Shown here piece by piece: positions 1 to 12,864 of a stretch of 41,095 bases of DNA. Location: assembly GCA_000708835.1 (NCBI GenBank), contig DF237667.1, positions 1 to 41,095 of the forward strand, given 5' to 3'. This DNA is from Klebsormidium nitens (taxonomy: Eukaryota > Plantae > Klebsormidiophyceae). Positions within the stretch are counted from its first letter, which is position 1, and every line of letters starts with the position of its first letter. The position numbers and the translations under genes were made by a program. The notes beneath the pieces are model-generated. The model saw only the letters and a list, made by a program, of their open reading frames with translations. It was not told where the DNA came from and ran no database searches.

Positions 1-1049
1 ACTGAGCCTACTAGGCTAGAGTGTAGACCTAAAGATAGGCCGTGACTCGGAACACTCCATATACATTGTGTGAACTTGATTGATTGAATATCACTTCCAA
101 CAACGCTGTGTTTCAACACATTGCCATATGATGGACACTCAAAATTTCCTAGTAGTTGTGCACTCGAAAGGCGCTTGCTTTCACTACCCACCAGCGCAGG
201 TCCACCAGCTACCAGTGCGCAGATCTGTCAAGCCTCGGGAGGAGCTTGGAGCTTCCCAAGAAGGTCGCGGCAAAAGTGGCGAAAGGGTGGCCTGGGGTCC
301 GGGCCTGCCCAGACGACCTGTGCAGCCCCCCACGAATCCCCATGGTCAATTTCACCCCATTGCTAGCCCTGGCCGTCAGATAGCAACGTTTGCTACTGCT
401 GCTGGTTCCACGTCCATCCCCAGCACAGGTCTAGCTGCCGAGCAACGACGCCCGTGCCCGTAGCTGGAGGTGGTCCGCTAAAAGGAGGGTCGCTGTTGAA
501 GCCCGGGACCCTACGGTTCCGGTCCAGGATGATGCCGCCTTAAGGCCGAAGCGAAAGAGTGACGCGAGGAGTGTAAGGGGCACTGAGCTCGAGCCCTTTC
601 CCAGCATCATCAAAAAGACATGCTACCAGCGATTGCTGGATGAAGGTGGGTACGTGTCGAGATTGGGACATTTGATGTGCGCGATTATTCTCTTGGGTGA
701 CGCCGACGAGATTTCGACGATAATCGGTGGTTTGCGGTTGACGGTTAACTGGGCGCGGATCACGGCATTACACCCGAATAACTCATTGGTAATTGCTGTA
801 ATGAGTAGGTTCGATAATAGCCGCAGCTTCATATTTGCGTAAAACTTTTGGAGTTGCTTATTCGAGGTCAACGTTGAGCCTACTAGGCTATTTGTGTAGA
901 TCTAGGCTAGAAGTGTGAAGGCTACTTGATTGGGTCTAGCATAGGCACACGGACTACATAGCTTCAGCAATGCTAGACTCCAAACACTTGATACACATCG
1001 TGTGAACTTGATCATTTGATCATTTATTCCCAACAACGCCGTGTTGCAA
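1..1049. repeat. Pair of degenerate direct repeats (1-118 and about 873-1049) with LTR-like ends flanking about 750 bp; probable LTR/TRIM-type relic
   Basis: TGAGCCTACTAGGCTA opens both copies. gactcggaacactccatatacattgtgtgaacttga...caacaacgctgtgtttcaaca aligns by eye to gactccaaacacttgatacacatcgtgtgaacttga...caacaacgccgtgttgcaaca. Both end in CAACA and the second begins cGTTG. No PBS or recognisable pol was found. Confidence 0.5.
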
Positions 1050-4000
1050 CAGTGATTCTCCCAAACCCAAGTCACTGGAGAAATTGGTGGAGGAAGTCTA
1101 AAGCCGAGCTGTGTTGGGGACCGGAGAACAAGTGGCGGCATTCAAATCTACAAAAGTCATTAAAAGGCTGGCGGGGATTGAAGTGTTCCGGGCGCGTTTG
1201 TGGCCCTACAAGACGGGGCCATTAGATACCCGGCCGGTGTGGCAGACGGACTGTTACCACATCGAATCTTGAGATGCCCTTTCTGCGGAAGATGCATTAG
1301 ACGTAGAAGGCGCTCCTACCATACTGAAGGCCCAACGGATTAACGCGCCTCTTTGAAAAAGGGGTCCGTCGTGGCCTGATTTTTACGAGACGTCGGGATG
1401 GCCTCCCGAGAAAGAGATTGCCATCTAGGTGCCGCTGGCCATGACCGCATGGCATTTCGGCGCTTAGCTGGAGCTGGTTTATGGGGAAGCCGGAAAGAAG
1501 ATCACGGACATCCATGGGGGCCACAGGACTCAGGCCTTTCATGTCTAGATGTCTCCCTACTCCCGTCGTACCGCAGCTGATACCCTTCGGCAGATCGGAG
1601 GATGGCAACCGAAGAGGAGCCCCGAGATGCTGGTGGTAACGATGCTCGGCCAAGCGCGCAAGGTGGACATGCCAAAATGGAAGCTTCAGGCCCGAGCTCG
1701 GCGGAGAAGGAGGAACAATTCAAGGAGCCTTGCGTCCGCCGGGTAGCAAGTAAGTAGGTAGCCACGATCGTCTAGCCGGATTACGATGGATTGTTCTGCA
1801 TGGCTAGATGCAAAGAACTGAGAATGCCAGAGCCAGGCCGGTTGGCAGTGTAACTAGCGTCTCCGGTCTTGGAGCTCATTGCGTTTTGCCGGACTTGATG
1901 AGGATTGGCAATAGCCAAGTAGGGCTTGACAGCACCAAACCAGAGGGGCCTAGAGTCGTCACGTCAGCTAGTCCAATTAGAAGATGTCTCAAAATTTGAC
2001 ATAGGCCGACGCGGAGTTGAGCTCGTCTCCAATTTGTTAAACAACGCTCTTTCAAATCAAATTCGTGCTCGACTGACTGAGCTGAGGAGATCTGATTAGC
2101 AAGGACCCCAGCCGCAAAGACGCTTGAAAAGTGTAAAGAAAGCATAAATTGTCAGCAGAAGCGAATGCAAAGAAGGAGCTAGGCAAGAATTGGGCTTCTT
2201 TTCAGCTCGAATGCCTCTTCAACCTTTGCTCAAGAATCTTTGAATTGAGTCTTCCGTGCATGTGAATCCAAAATAGCTGCTCCGTCTCTGCCACAAATGA
2301 TAGCTGATCAACCAACCCACGATTATCTTTGAATACAGAAGCATTACGAAGAGCTCAAAATATGGAAATAAAAAATATTCTTGTCACAAATGACAGTGAC
2401 GGGTCTCATGCTTTGAACATTGATCGGATTTGCTTCTCAATCTGTCAGCATTTTGGCTCATTTGTCATGCCGTATGGCTGCAGTGCCTCATTGTATCTTG
2501 TGGTTTGTGGTTAGTCGCTAGTTAGCGACCAATTTACAGTAGCTAAGTAGTTACTTGTGCCCGGAGTCGGATTTTTGCCCACCCTAGTTGCTAGTCCGAC
2601 TTTTGGAACACCTTGGAACCTTGAGCACCAAGGTTGCTAATGCAACCTTTTGTAAGTCTTCAGCTTCTTGAGAGCCTTAGCGCCTTGAGGCGCCTTCCTA
2701 GCATGCAAGTCTCTTCAAAGCAACCCTCTTTCACATGGCGGCCGGAGCAAAGGGTTCTTTGAGTAGCGAGTGGCTACTCTCGTATGTATAATGCGGATGT
2801 GAGTGGCATCTAGCATAAGTGTACAAAGTGTATGTGTTCCGTGGTCAAGCGGACCATTTGATTAGCTCAAAGCCAACACCTAATTTGGAGCATAAATCCT
2901 ACCGTACAGTATAGTGTTATAGTGTAGCTAGCTCCGGTGCATGTTTAGCTAGCTTTGGGGTTTGTTAGCTAGCTTCGGTGATGGCCTCCGGGCCTTGCAT
3001 GATAGGCATAGGATTGTCTAGATTTGCATTTGTTTGTGTTGCGCTCGAGAGGTTATGGCGGCGACTGGCATAGCGCACGGCACCTTTTTGGAATTCTAGC
3101 CCGGCTGAGCCCCTTTGCCCTTTCATTACTTTAGTCATAAATACCAACAACTAAGTAGTTCAATGTATTTTTGCTCAGGGGTCGATAGTCACGGATGCTC
3201 GGAGTCAAAATCCGGAAACATTATAAAGGCAATTAATCTATATTATAGATGCTTGCCGCGAAATGCATGATAAAGGATTGAGTATAAAACAACCACGCAC
3301 GACGATTCGTTTGTATAGACCTTATGCCGACATCGCCCTAGTACTCTTTTTGCTCTTTTCAAGCCCTGTATTGAAGTATCTTATACTCAAATCTGACTCT
3401 GCCTTTTGCGTGCTAACACTGATTGGACGTGTTCCCTGGTTATGATCTGAACTCTAGAACCGTTTCGGTTCCGCTACCTGCTGTGCCATTCCGGTTGCAC
3501 TCGACTCGCTTGCATGCGGATCGCTTCGTGACTCTGACAGTCCGTGACGGTGCTAGCCTAGTCATGATATAACAATGCCGCATACTGCATTTTCGAGTCT
3601 GCCTCGGCGTGTTAGTTTCTGTACTTCCAAGCCATGCCGGTATGGCATATTGCACTGACACTTTTATGCATGCCACTCTGAAGCCGGGATTATTGCCTTC
3701 AGCCAACCTGGGCACCCGGTTGGGACTACTGGTCCAACTCAAGGACTTCTTCTCGTTCCAGACTTGAGGTAATTCCTGCCTGCGGGCAAGGTTCCTGGCA
3801 AGTCTACACTGGCAATGACTACGAACGTATGAACTTGAGAGTCTCCAGGATACAATCTGCCATAGCACCAATTTCTAAGAAGAAAGGCGTCCTTCAGTAA
3901 TTTCGTGTCTCCATGGAAGCTGCATAAGTGAGCCTTAAGTGAGTTGCTTCCGGTCCACATATCCTGATCGCATTGCTAGGCATATAGCTGCACTGTTACG

Positions 4001-5250
4001 AGTGAGCGTCACAAATCACCTCTTGATTGTCATCACCGATGCATCTAATTTGGAACACACTTAATAATTTAGTAGATGCTTGCGGGATGTTTGAGCTGTA
4101 TACTGGATAAAAAAGGATCATATAGGATAAATAGGATATGGATTATATAGGATAAATAGGATATGGTCATAGTTAGTATAAGTATTAAGCCGCACGACTA
4201 GATTTGGATAGGTATGCAAAAGAATAGCTCGTAGACTACGTAGGACTGCCAGCTCACTTAGGACTCCCTCAGGCTCTTCACCTTGAGGATTAATGTCACT
4301 GTTTTACCAGCTCGGAGAGAAAGCGGCGTGGCAACGTCACTGGACGCAATGGAATTCTGGGAATACCGTATCCATCCCGTATCCATAAACCTAGCTCGCG
4401 CCGACAATTGAATCGAGTACCTTTCGACTTCCATGACACATGTATTAACACTATCATACTAGGTAGATAGGTAGACGACTATAGTATCAACTGCTAAGAC
4501 ACTAGCGTAGGCCCACCTGCATACCGTGTTGCTTCTTGACTTCTTACCATTCTTACAGAGTGTTAGACAGTTAGATACTGTCATACGGGTGTACGGTAGA
4601 ACGGATAGAACGGTAAGATGCCAGGTGACCGGGGAACTCTAATTAAGAACCTGGTAACCCATTGGATCATGATACGCCTCGCCGTCGCACCCTAACCACC
4701 ATACACTCACATACTCGGGCTTTGACCAACCCCAACCGTCTCCCCGGGCGCCTTCAAGCGAACGTTTATAAAACGTTGCACACGTTTGCACGGACCACAG
4801 TGTAACGGTGCACCAGATCGCGAGTCCAGACGTACACCAATAGGTACCGTGGCCCTACCATACTAGGTAGGTACCTTCCTTTAGTACATACAGCTTGGTG
4901 TTCATACCGTAGATGATCAACAACCATGACAGCATTGAACGGTTTCTATGTCTCCATGAGCTCATAAGATTGCCACCTGGCCCCCTAAACATGCAGCGAT
5001 GTCGGCATGCGCAGAAGGCATTTGCCGGAATCAGGGCCACGGGGGCATATGTACGATATCTATGGCGCAAGAGTTAATGCAGGCCCAACATTCATGATGT
5101 GCGTCACACATTGCGGTCTCCGAGGGGAGACGGTGAAGTATCTTCAAGGGTGTGCAATTCTAAGGTAACGCCTAACGTGCGGTCATTTGACCCATTTTGC
5201 ACATTTCCTGAGCGCCTCCTACTTTACCTAACCTGCATTTTTGCATTAAC
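1050..5250. mobile_element. Decayed repeat/TE-derived region with no intact ORF
   Basis: Only short stop-riddled ORFs, many TAG/CTA/CTAG words (e.g. 2510-2600, 2920-2975, 4180-4520) and a local duplication of TATAGGATAAATAGGATATGG (4121, 4146). No family could be assigned. Confidence 0.35.
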
Positions 5251-6965
5251 CTAGATCGTCGACCAGTTGATCACTTCATACCCCCCGAGAGGAGAAAGGT
5301 GACTTGTGACTCGTGACGGTCGCGCACGATCGAGACTCTGATGAGCAGCTGCAAAAGCAGCTGCAGGACTCATGCCCATGATGTCTTGTTGTTTGATGGT
5401 TGCCAGGTTGAGGATGGCCCTTGCCGCTGCGCACCTCTGAGCTGCCTAGGAACTTGGAACCCACCAGTCTAGGTTTGAATGAGGCCAGAGAGGAGCGCAC
5501 GTGGTTTGCGGAAACAGGACATGAAAAGGCGGGGGCAAGGTGTATAGGAGAAGGGACTGGCAAGCAAGGAGTACGACCACAGGTTCTTGGAGAAAGAAGA
5601 AGGGAGGGGGTCAGCCCCGTAGGTCTCTTTGATACAGAGACACTTGAACATGCTTCGGAGTTTGTGAGCCTGTGGTCTGTTTGTTGAGTACGAAGCACGC
5701 TATTGGATGCAGACCCTGCGAGCTGACGAGAATGTGACATATGCTGAGGTCATTATGTATTGCTAAGGGCAGGCGCATCGGGAGGACTTCGAGGAGACCG
5801 GACAGAGTTGGCTGGTTGCAATTAGAGGTAAGCAAAGGGTTTTGCAAGGCAATGGTCGTGACTGCGTGTGGAAACAAATTGAGGTCTGCTCGGTTTTCAT
5901 TGCGTGGTTGCAGTTAGGGGCCCCTCTTGTTCCACATGCATTCAGATACAGGCGTCCCTTCTCTTTGGTTACTCTGGTCCCCTTCGGTTTATTGTGCAAG
6001 TATGTGAAGCACCTTGTTCGCTTCAAGTGGAAGTTCTGGGAGCCTCTCAAACGAAGCATATAAACATTGCAATAAGATTATATGATCTTATATGAGAATC
6101 GGCATGCACACCAGTGTTCGAACAATCGCTTTAGAGTGGAAATGCATTTTGGAATTGATCTGCTGTCGGGATAGGTGTGGATTATGCAAGAGCGCGGGCC
6201 TTTGTGGTTCTTGCTCTACCTACAAGTCCTGTCCTCCAGAGTGTTGTTCTCCAAAGGCAGCCATGAATATGTGCCCAAGTTTTTGACAGCTATTTGAGAT
6301 TGCTTTGCGCAAGATTGTCTGCAACTCGGATGAGTGAGGCATGGGCGAAGCGGTGCTCCAAGATATGAACAAAGGCATTGCGTAAGCTGTGGGAGCCGAG
6401 CTGGGCCAAGCTAGCCCAAATAGTAGTGCTTGGTTGAAACTTAAACACTGGCCATGGAAATAGGCTTTTGTTGCGCAGAGAAGGGATTGCGAAAAGTCGC
6501 TACACTGCAAAGTTTCCTTGAATGTCTCTGAGGCGGCGTCGCTGAAAGACTGTTACAATCACCCACACCACTGTCGCATCTGCGGCGGTTTTGGCAGCCT
6601 TGAGATTTGTCCTTTCCGTGCACAGCATCTGCTCAAACTCTAGGAGGTTGTAATGGTTGGTAAAATGTTACTCAAGTGCACCTCTTGAACTACGAGACAT
6701 GCGCAGAAGCTGGCGCTACGGCAAATCAAAAACTCGCCCCCACCATCCTTGTCGGAGTGCCGTGCAACTGTGCTTGGCCTTATGTTGGGATCACCAAAAA
6801 GATTCTGTTGGCATGCTGTGCTCGGCGATGACTAGTTCGAGCCTTGGTCTCCCCGCAGTAGGCAAAGCTTGTGCAGTGTTTGGTGCAGGTTTTCACAAGC
6901 AAACAGCCATCAGAATCTGCTGAGCGGCCACTAGGCGGCGTTAGCCTGGGCCATCCCCTGCAGCA

Positions 6966-9900
6966 ATGATGGAGTTCGTTGCCCCTTCCTCCCCCTCCGA
7001 AACCCTCACTTTCCTGGGGCCCGCCACCTCCTCCGCTCGCACCCCCCCAAACAATGAAGAATCAGTTAGCCACCCCCCTCAGGGCCGCCACCCCAGAAGC
7101 GGGGAGTCGGCTCCCCTGCCCCCCCCCTCACACNCCCNCNCNCNCCCNCCCNCGCNCNCNCNCNCNCNCNCCNCNCCGCCNCNNNNNNNNNNNNNNNNNN
7201 NNNNNNNNNNNNNNNNNNNNNNNNNNNNNNNNNNNNNNNNNNNNNNNNNNNNNNNNNNNNNNNNNNNNNNNNNNNNNNNNNNNNNNNNNNNNNNNNNNNN
7301 NNNNNNNNNNNNNNNNNNNNNNNNNNNNNNNNNNNNCCCCCCTCCCACGGGCCGGCCCCACCCCACCGAAGCGGGAGTCGGCTCCCCTGCCCCCCCCCTC
7401 CCACAGCCCCCCCTGCCAGCCATGCCCTCCCCCCATGGCCCAGCCTCAGCCTGCACTTAGCGCCCCCCTCGCAGAGCAGACCGCAGTCCAATGGGGCGGC
7501 CGCCAGCATTGACTACCTAGCAACTCTCCAAGCCGGACGAGCACCCCCCCCGGCGCATCGCTGCGCACCGTTCCCTCTCCCCAATCGCTCTCCATCCGGT
7601 TGTCGGAGCCAAAGCCGGAGCCGGTGCTCTTCTCTCCCACCAGCCTGCCTAGCGCGCATGCGCAGCGCTTTCTGACATCAGCGGGCTCTGAAGCTGCCCT
7701 CCGGAAAGCGCAACCGCTCGCGGAGCGGAGCTCCCTCGAGAAGAGCCTCGCGGCGGGGCTGGACGTGCGGGACATGATCGACGCGCTTGTGGTGGAGCGG
7801 TTACGCGAGTTTACAAATCTAGGTAAGCCATATTTCCTGGTTTTGAAGACAAGTGGATTTGTTGGAGGTTATCAAAGGTTAGGGCCAGGCAGCCAAGTGC
7901 TCTTTGGCACCTGGTTGGCAAGTATGGCGGCATCCTTGCAGCGTCAGGGTCATCGACTGTCTGCTCCTTGCAAGGCTGCTTAAGCACCGCAGCACTTATG
8001 ACACCACTCGCCTACCTAGTAAAGGTTGCTGTAAGGAACCTCAAATCGGCAACTGAGCTCTGCTTGCCACCCTTGCCTGCCCTGGGTTCATCGTGCCGTT
8101 GACCTGCCGTACACACAAGTTGGAAGCCTTTACGCCTCAATCAAGCAAGTGCTGCGCCAAGCATTCGCGCGGTTCTTTATCAACCATCTTACCCCGCTTC
8201 TCTGTTCAGGGACATCTGCAGCGCCAGCCACATGGCCCGCCGGCGGCGGAGCTTCGTCCAGCCACGAGGGGGGCCATGGGCCGGGGGGAAGCCCCACAAG
8301 CGACCAGGAGGGGGGATCCCTCCGGCCAAGCCACAGGGAGTGGCTGACGAGGCTAGCAGCGGTGCGCTTCTATTCCAAACGTTGAGGGTTTACCTGGCTG
8401 TAGATGTCTTACGTCCATATCCATGCCTTTTGAGATTGTTCAGACTCGGATCCAGATTGGGGCAAACGTCTTATTTTCTTGTTTGTTTCTTTGAGGATTG
8501 CAGTCAAAGCAGTCCGTGTCACACAACATTCTCACCATGCGATTGTGCTGGTACAGTGTCACATTGAGCAGTATATTGTCTGCACCGGCACAGATCTGCA
8601 GACATGAACCCCCCGCTTTGGGCTCCAAAGCAAAAGCCCACCCGCTCACGGAATCTACGAGGGGGTCTGGGTACTCAAGTCTCGCGACGTGACGTGTGCA
8701 GGGGCGGGATACGGAGGGTCCCCCGAAGAAGGAGCCGTCGCGCAGCCGCGAGAGTGATGCAGAGGAAGGGCGCAAGAAGCGCAGCCGCTCACGCAGCCGA
8801 TCGTCGTCGCCGCACGAGGGGCAGGGCGGGCACGAAAGGTGGGGCAGCAGAGCAAATGTGCCTTACTGTGATTGTCCATGTGGGTCGACTGCTGTGTACA
8901 TTGATGACATGCGGCGTCCACTCCGGTGTGGAGGGATGAGGAACTTTGTTGGTCGCAATTCCTCTTGGAACGTGCTTGGAATGTCACCCGCAAATTCTGA
9001 ATGGAGCTTCCTGCTCAAGACGGCTTGACCGCTGTCCCGTGTCCGCACTTTTGATCAGCTCTTTGTCAATCAGCCTCCGTCAAGACGAAGTCAGATTTAT
9101 AAGAAGTGCGGTACATTCCTTGATGCTTTGGTGCTCGGTCGCAGAGGCTACAGCAGTAAAGAGAGACCAGATTAGCATCGAGCAATTATCGAAATGTGAG
9201 CTTAGCGCAGAGTTGCGCTCGCAGTCACGTCTAGCAGTCAATCGTTTTTGTTTGTATTTTCAGCAAGTTCCCGAGACGACAAAGCAAAGTGGCAGGGGTA
9301 AAAGGCGATCGCTGGAAACCCGCCTCTTCAGTCCGGGCCTTGCAGAAATCCACAGGAACATATCCGGGCTCCTAAGGACGGGCGGCAACCACGCCGCAGG
9401 AGGATGACATGGCTTGTTCCTGGGTCTAAAAACGGTCATGAAGACGATCGTTGAAGCTCTGGAATGTCTGAGCGTGAAAGCATCGAGATCCGGACTCTGT
9501 ACAGTCTCCAGGATTGTGGAGGATACAAATATCCTGATGAGTGCGTTGACTTTGGACGATCAATCGTTCTGTTTGGTCCAAAACACATCGCCTCATCGCC
9601 TGGCTTTGCTGCGGCGACCCCGCTCGTTGAGATGCGTCGCTTGTCCCCAAATCTTTCACCACAGTCACTGAAGTTTAAACTTCTGAGCACAAAAGCACCC
9701 ATGCCCGCAAACGTCTCATCTCCGGACGTTGCCACGCACAGGGCTGGCTTGGTTTAACCTCACCCAACAGGATCGTTTTAGGTCCGACAGGCCGGTACAG
9801 CAGCACAAAGCAACGACGCGGATGTCATGAGGATGCAGAAAAGCCCATCAAAAACGCATCATCTCGGATCGCCAGCTAGTCTAATTATGGGACACCAAGC

Positions 9901-11013
9901 ATGCAGGGTGGGCGGCAACCGCGAGGCGGTGCGCAAGTACCGCGAGAAGAAGAAGGTCGAGTTCGCGAGCATGCAGAACCAGCTGGCGCAGCTGCACAAG
10001 CTGTGCGCCGCGCAGGACGACCAGCTGCGCCACAAGGTCAGCACTGACGTCAGCATTCACGCACCGCTTTTCTGCATTGGATCACGGCGACTTTTGACCC
10101 AAAAGTCACTGCCTATGGGCGGGTAGGGCTCGGTTGCGTTTTTGAATGGGTAGCGGTACGGAGCATGACTCCTGGTTTCGGGTGTGATGTTGAGTAAGGG
10201 CGGCCTTGAGCTGAAGTCACCGCGGAGGGACTGGTTCCTTTGCGTGTTTGGGGTGGGTAGGGGTATGGAGCTTGTTGATCTCGGGTTTGCGTTCTCAATT
10301 TGTGCGAGCTGGGAGCACTGATGCAACTCAACCTAGGCCCGATATCTACGCAAGACTGAGACGTATGGTCAGCACCGCCGCTTTAGCCCATGTTCCCGAC
10401 ACTGCGCAACGATTGGACCACGGTCGGTGTGCTGTGGTGCAGTCTTGTATTGATTGGAAGACATTCAGTCTGTGAATGCTGAGGTTGAATCTCACTTGCC
10501 GTTTTGAAAGAGATAGCCTCGAGAAAGCAGATGTGGTCAAATTGAACGCACTGCTGTCTGCTTTTGAACAGCGTCTGTAGAAAAGAGGGAACACTGCGTG
10601 CAGTAATTCCAAAAGATGAGAATCTCGCTGCCCCTGGCGGCCTCTGTTGTCTGTGTCCTCCGACGTGGAGAAATGAGGGGTCTCAGGTACAGGGCTGCCC
10701 CTCACGTCCCCAGCGCGACCCGCATGGTAGTCCTAGAAACGGGGCCCATCTTGGCTGTTGGCCATAAATTCAGGCTGGGAATTTTTGCCTTGGTTATGAG
10801 ACGCAGATTGAGTTTTCGCAGCCCCCGGCCCCGGTCGGCCAAGTGCGCTTATTTTGGATTCTGACCACACGCGTGATTTTGCAGGCGCGCTTGGAGGAGG
10901 AGCTGGTGGCCTTGTGGCGGCAGATCGCGGGGCTGCAGGAGAAGGTGTCGCGGGGGCACAACCTGCTGGTCTCGGAACTCTTTGCGATCAAGCCGCCACG
11001 GTCGCTGACGTGA
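6966..11013 (+). CDS. bZIP transcription factor, plant group F (bZIP19/23/24-like) basic region; 5' part uncertain
   Basis: Exons: (6966?)-7822, 8210-8361, 8702-8838, 9907-10036, 10885-11013(TGA). All introns are GT-AG with matching phases 1,0,2,0. The product contains GNREAVRKYREKKK followed by a heptad region (ASMQNQLAQLHKL...ARLEEELVALWRQIAGL). The Pro-rich start at 6966 is tentative because of the N gap, C homopolymers and a TGA at 7510. Confidence 0.85.
7134..7336. other. Assembly gap/ambiguous bases inside a C-rich, Pro-coding repeat
   Basis: Interspersed N from 7134 and a solid N run 7183-7336. Near-identical GAAGCGGG(G)AGTCGGCTCCCCTGCCCCCCCC(C)TC (ESAPLPPPSH) lies on both sides (about 7097 and 7368). 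Confidence 0.95.
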
Positions 11014-12864
11014 TGGCGAGCGTGTGTCGACAACAAGCAGTGGTTTTAAATCGTATGTGGGACGCGCGGTGTGTTTGCTACTCGCCAGCTTGCAGCGCTG
11101 GCGTTTAAATAGATTGCTCAATTGAACTCGGGGATCGTCAGACGTGCACTGATGCCAAGTGGTGAGAGGTTGCCTCTCCTGTGTGAGAGGGCGACTTGAG
11201 AGTGTTCGCTAATCCTATGCACAGAGGGAGTCCAGCGACAGCAAGTTGTTCTGAAAGTACTACGTTACCTATAGAGTTCAGCATGTGTATCAGCCTAAAG
11301 CCGCCTAGATTGGTTAGCTATACCCAAGTGTACATTGACTGGGGCTGCGTTGGGTCGTGGTGAACGTTGTTCGCGTAATTGTTGGTCAGGAATCTTGGCT
11401 CCCCCCGAGGCACGTTTGTGCGGTATTTTACATGCCAAAGTGCAAGCGACGCATGAGAGAAATGGTCATGGATTCCTACAGGATTGGAATATGAGAGCCG
11501 GCTCGCTGCAACCATATGGATCCAACTTTGCAGATTGTATACATCCGATTCTTTTTGCCAGGTCGTGGCCGGTTGAAAGTCCTTGAGCAACATTGTGCCC
11601 TGGCACTTGGACGGTTGCATTCGTATGTCAATTATACGTGTATTTGTGTGCCGCCGCAGCACGCGCAAACCCGCAAGAATCGGCTGTAGACTTTATCATG
11701 CAGTCCTCGATCATGTGCACATGGCCAATTGACTAGGATGCAAACGCAGGATCGGACATGTGTCTACATACCGTACTGGTACTACAGCTGTTTTGGAATG
11801 ATGAGGCAGCGCACACGCACATATATACTGCAGGGCCAGCTTTAACTTGCATGCACGCTGAACTCACATGTACTTTTCGATCTGACAAAAGTCCCAGGAT
11901 CGGACACATGAAGTACCTGTCGACCATTGCCACGGCCGGCCCGGCCGCAATAATTGCCTTAAAAAGCAAGTGAGCGATTCGATTACCAAGTATTGGCTAG
12001 CCTAACTATAGTAGCGCTAGCCGCAGCGGCCGGCCTAAGTGATCGACCCATGCGAACAGCCACTAAGCTAGGCCGGTATCTACATCTGGCCTGTACCTTT
12101 GAATGGAATAACAGTCGATCATGCACTATTCTGAGAGCAGCTACTACATTTGCATGTATGCCATGTAGATCAGGTACAAATCCGGCCTTCAAATCCAACT
12201 CGTTTGGGCGGCCCGTGCGATCATTGATGTTGAATCCTCATAAAAGGCTTACCGGCCGTACGAAGCTAGAGCCCTAGCTAGTTACGCTCGCATGATCATG
12301 CCCTTTGCTGCGTAATTGGGTCCTCTGCTCACTGCATTCCCTGCATGTCGGGATTGAATTGATTGGGTGGCATCGCTCCCGAATACGGTGTGATTGGCGG
12401 CTGCCGTCGTGCACACCTCGCGTATACGACGAGTATGCGCCAATGGTACACTAATTCCAAGATAGTAGCACATGCCTGCAGAGTTCTCAAAGAGAAAGCG
12501 TGCATGCCCTGGGAGGCGAAGTTAACACAAGCAATTGTTTCGATGACGCCAGGTCGCATACGCAAATGATCCTTAACTATGCAGAAGAGCAATTTCAGCA
12601 AGCGTGGTTGCACGCCCCAACCGTCAAGCGACTCCCCGAGTTGATTGTTCAAAGCCCGGATATGTGTCGCAAGCGAAAGCGCTACCGCGGCTCTAATATA
12701 GTACACAACTCCAAGCCGCTCCGTACACCAACCAACTCTGCTGGCTTTGAATACATGTTCCGGTAATGTCCGTATTGTACTGCACACGAGATATCTGTGT
12801 TGTATCATAGTGTTTGTTTGGCATCTGGGATGCGTGTCTAACGACAAACGTGCGAAGGCTCGTA

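Noticed and set aside
481-872. PPT-like AAAAGGAGGG followed by TGTTGA...TCAACG read as a solo LTR
   Set aside because: No second copy, no TSD, and the segment is an open reading frame; the match may be chance.
2560-2760. Minus-strand KALKKLKTY resembling ribosomal protein uL13
   Set aside because: Only a few residues match, surrounded by stops; no other L13 motifs.
3880-3990. SNSLKAHLCSFH resembling a BED/C2H2 zinc finger
   Set aside because: The first Cys pair is missing and there is no adjoining transposase sequence.
6092-6286. Cys-rich ORF (CCRDRCGLCKSAGLCGSC) resembling a CXC domain
   Set aside because: Short, no splice support, and the spacing does not fit a known CXC pattern.
9345-9757. 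ORFs inside bZIP intron 3 as extra exons
   Set aside because: The phase-2 reading from the 9345 acceptor stops at about 9452; direct 8838->9907 splicing already gives the bZIP frame.
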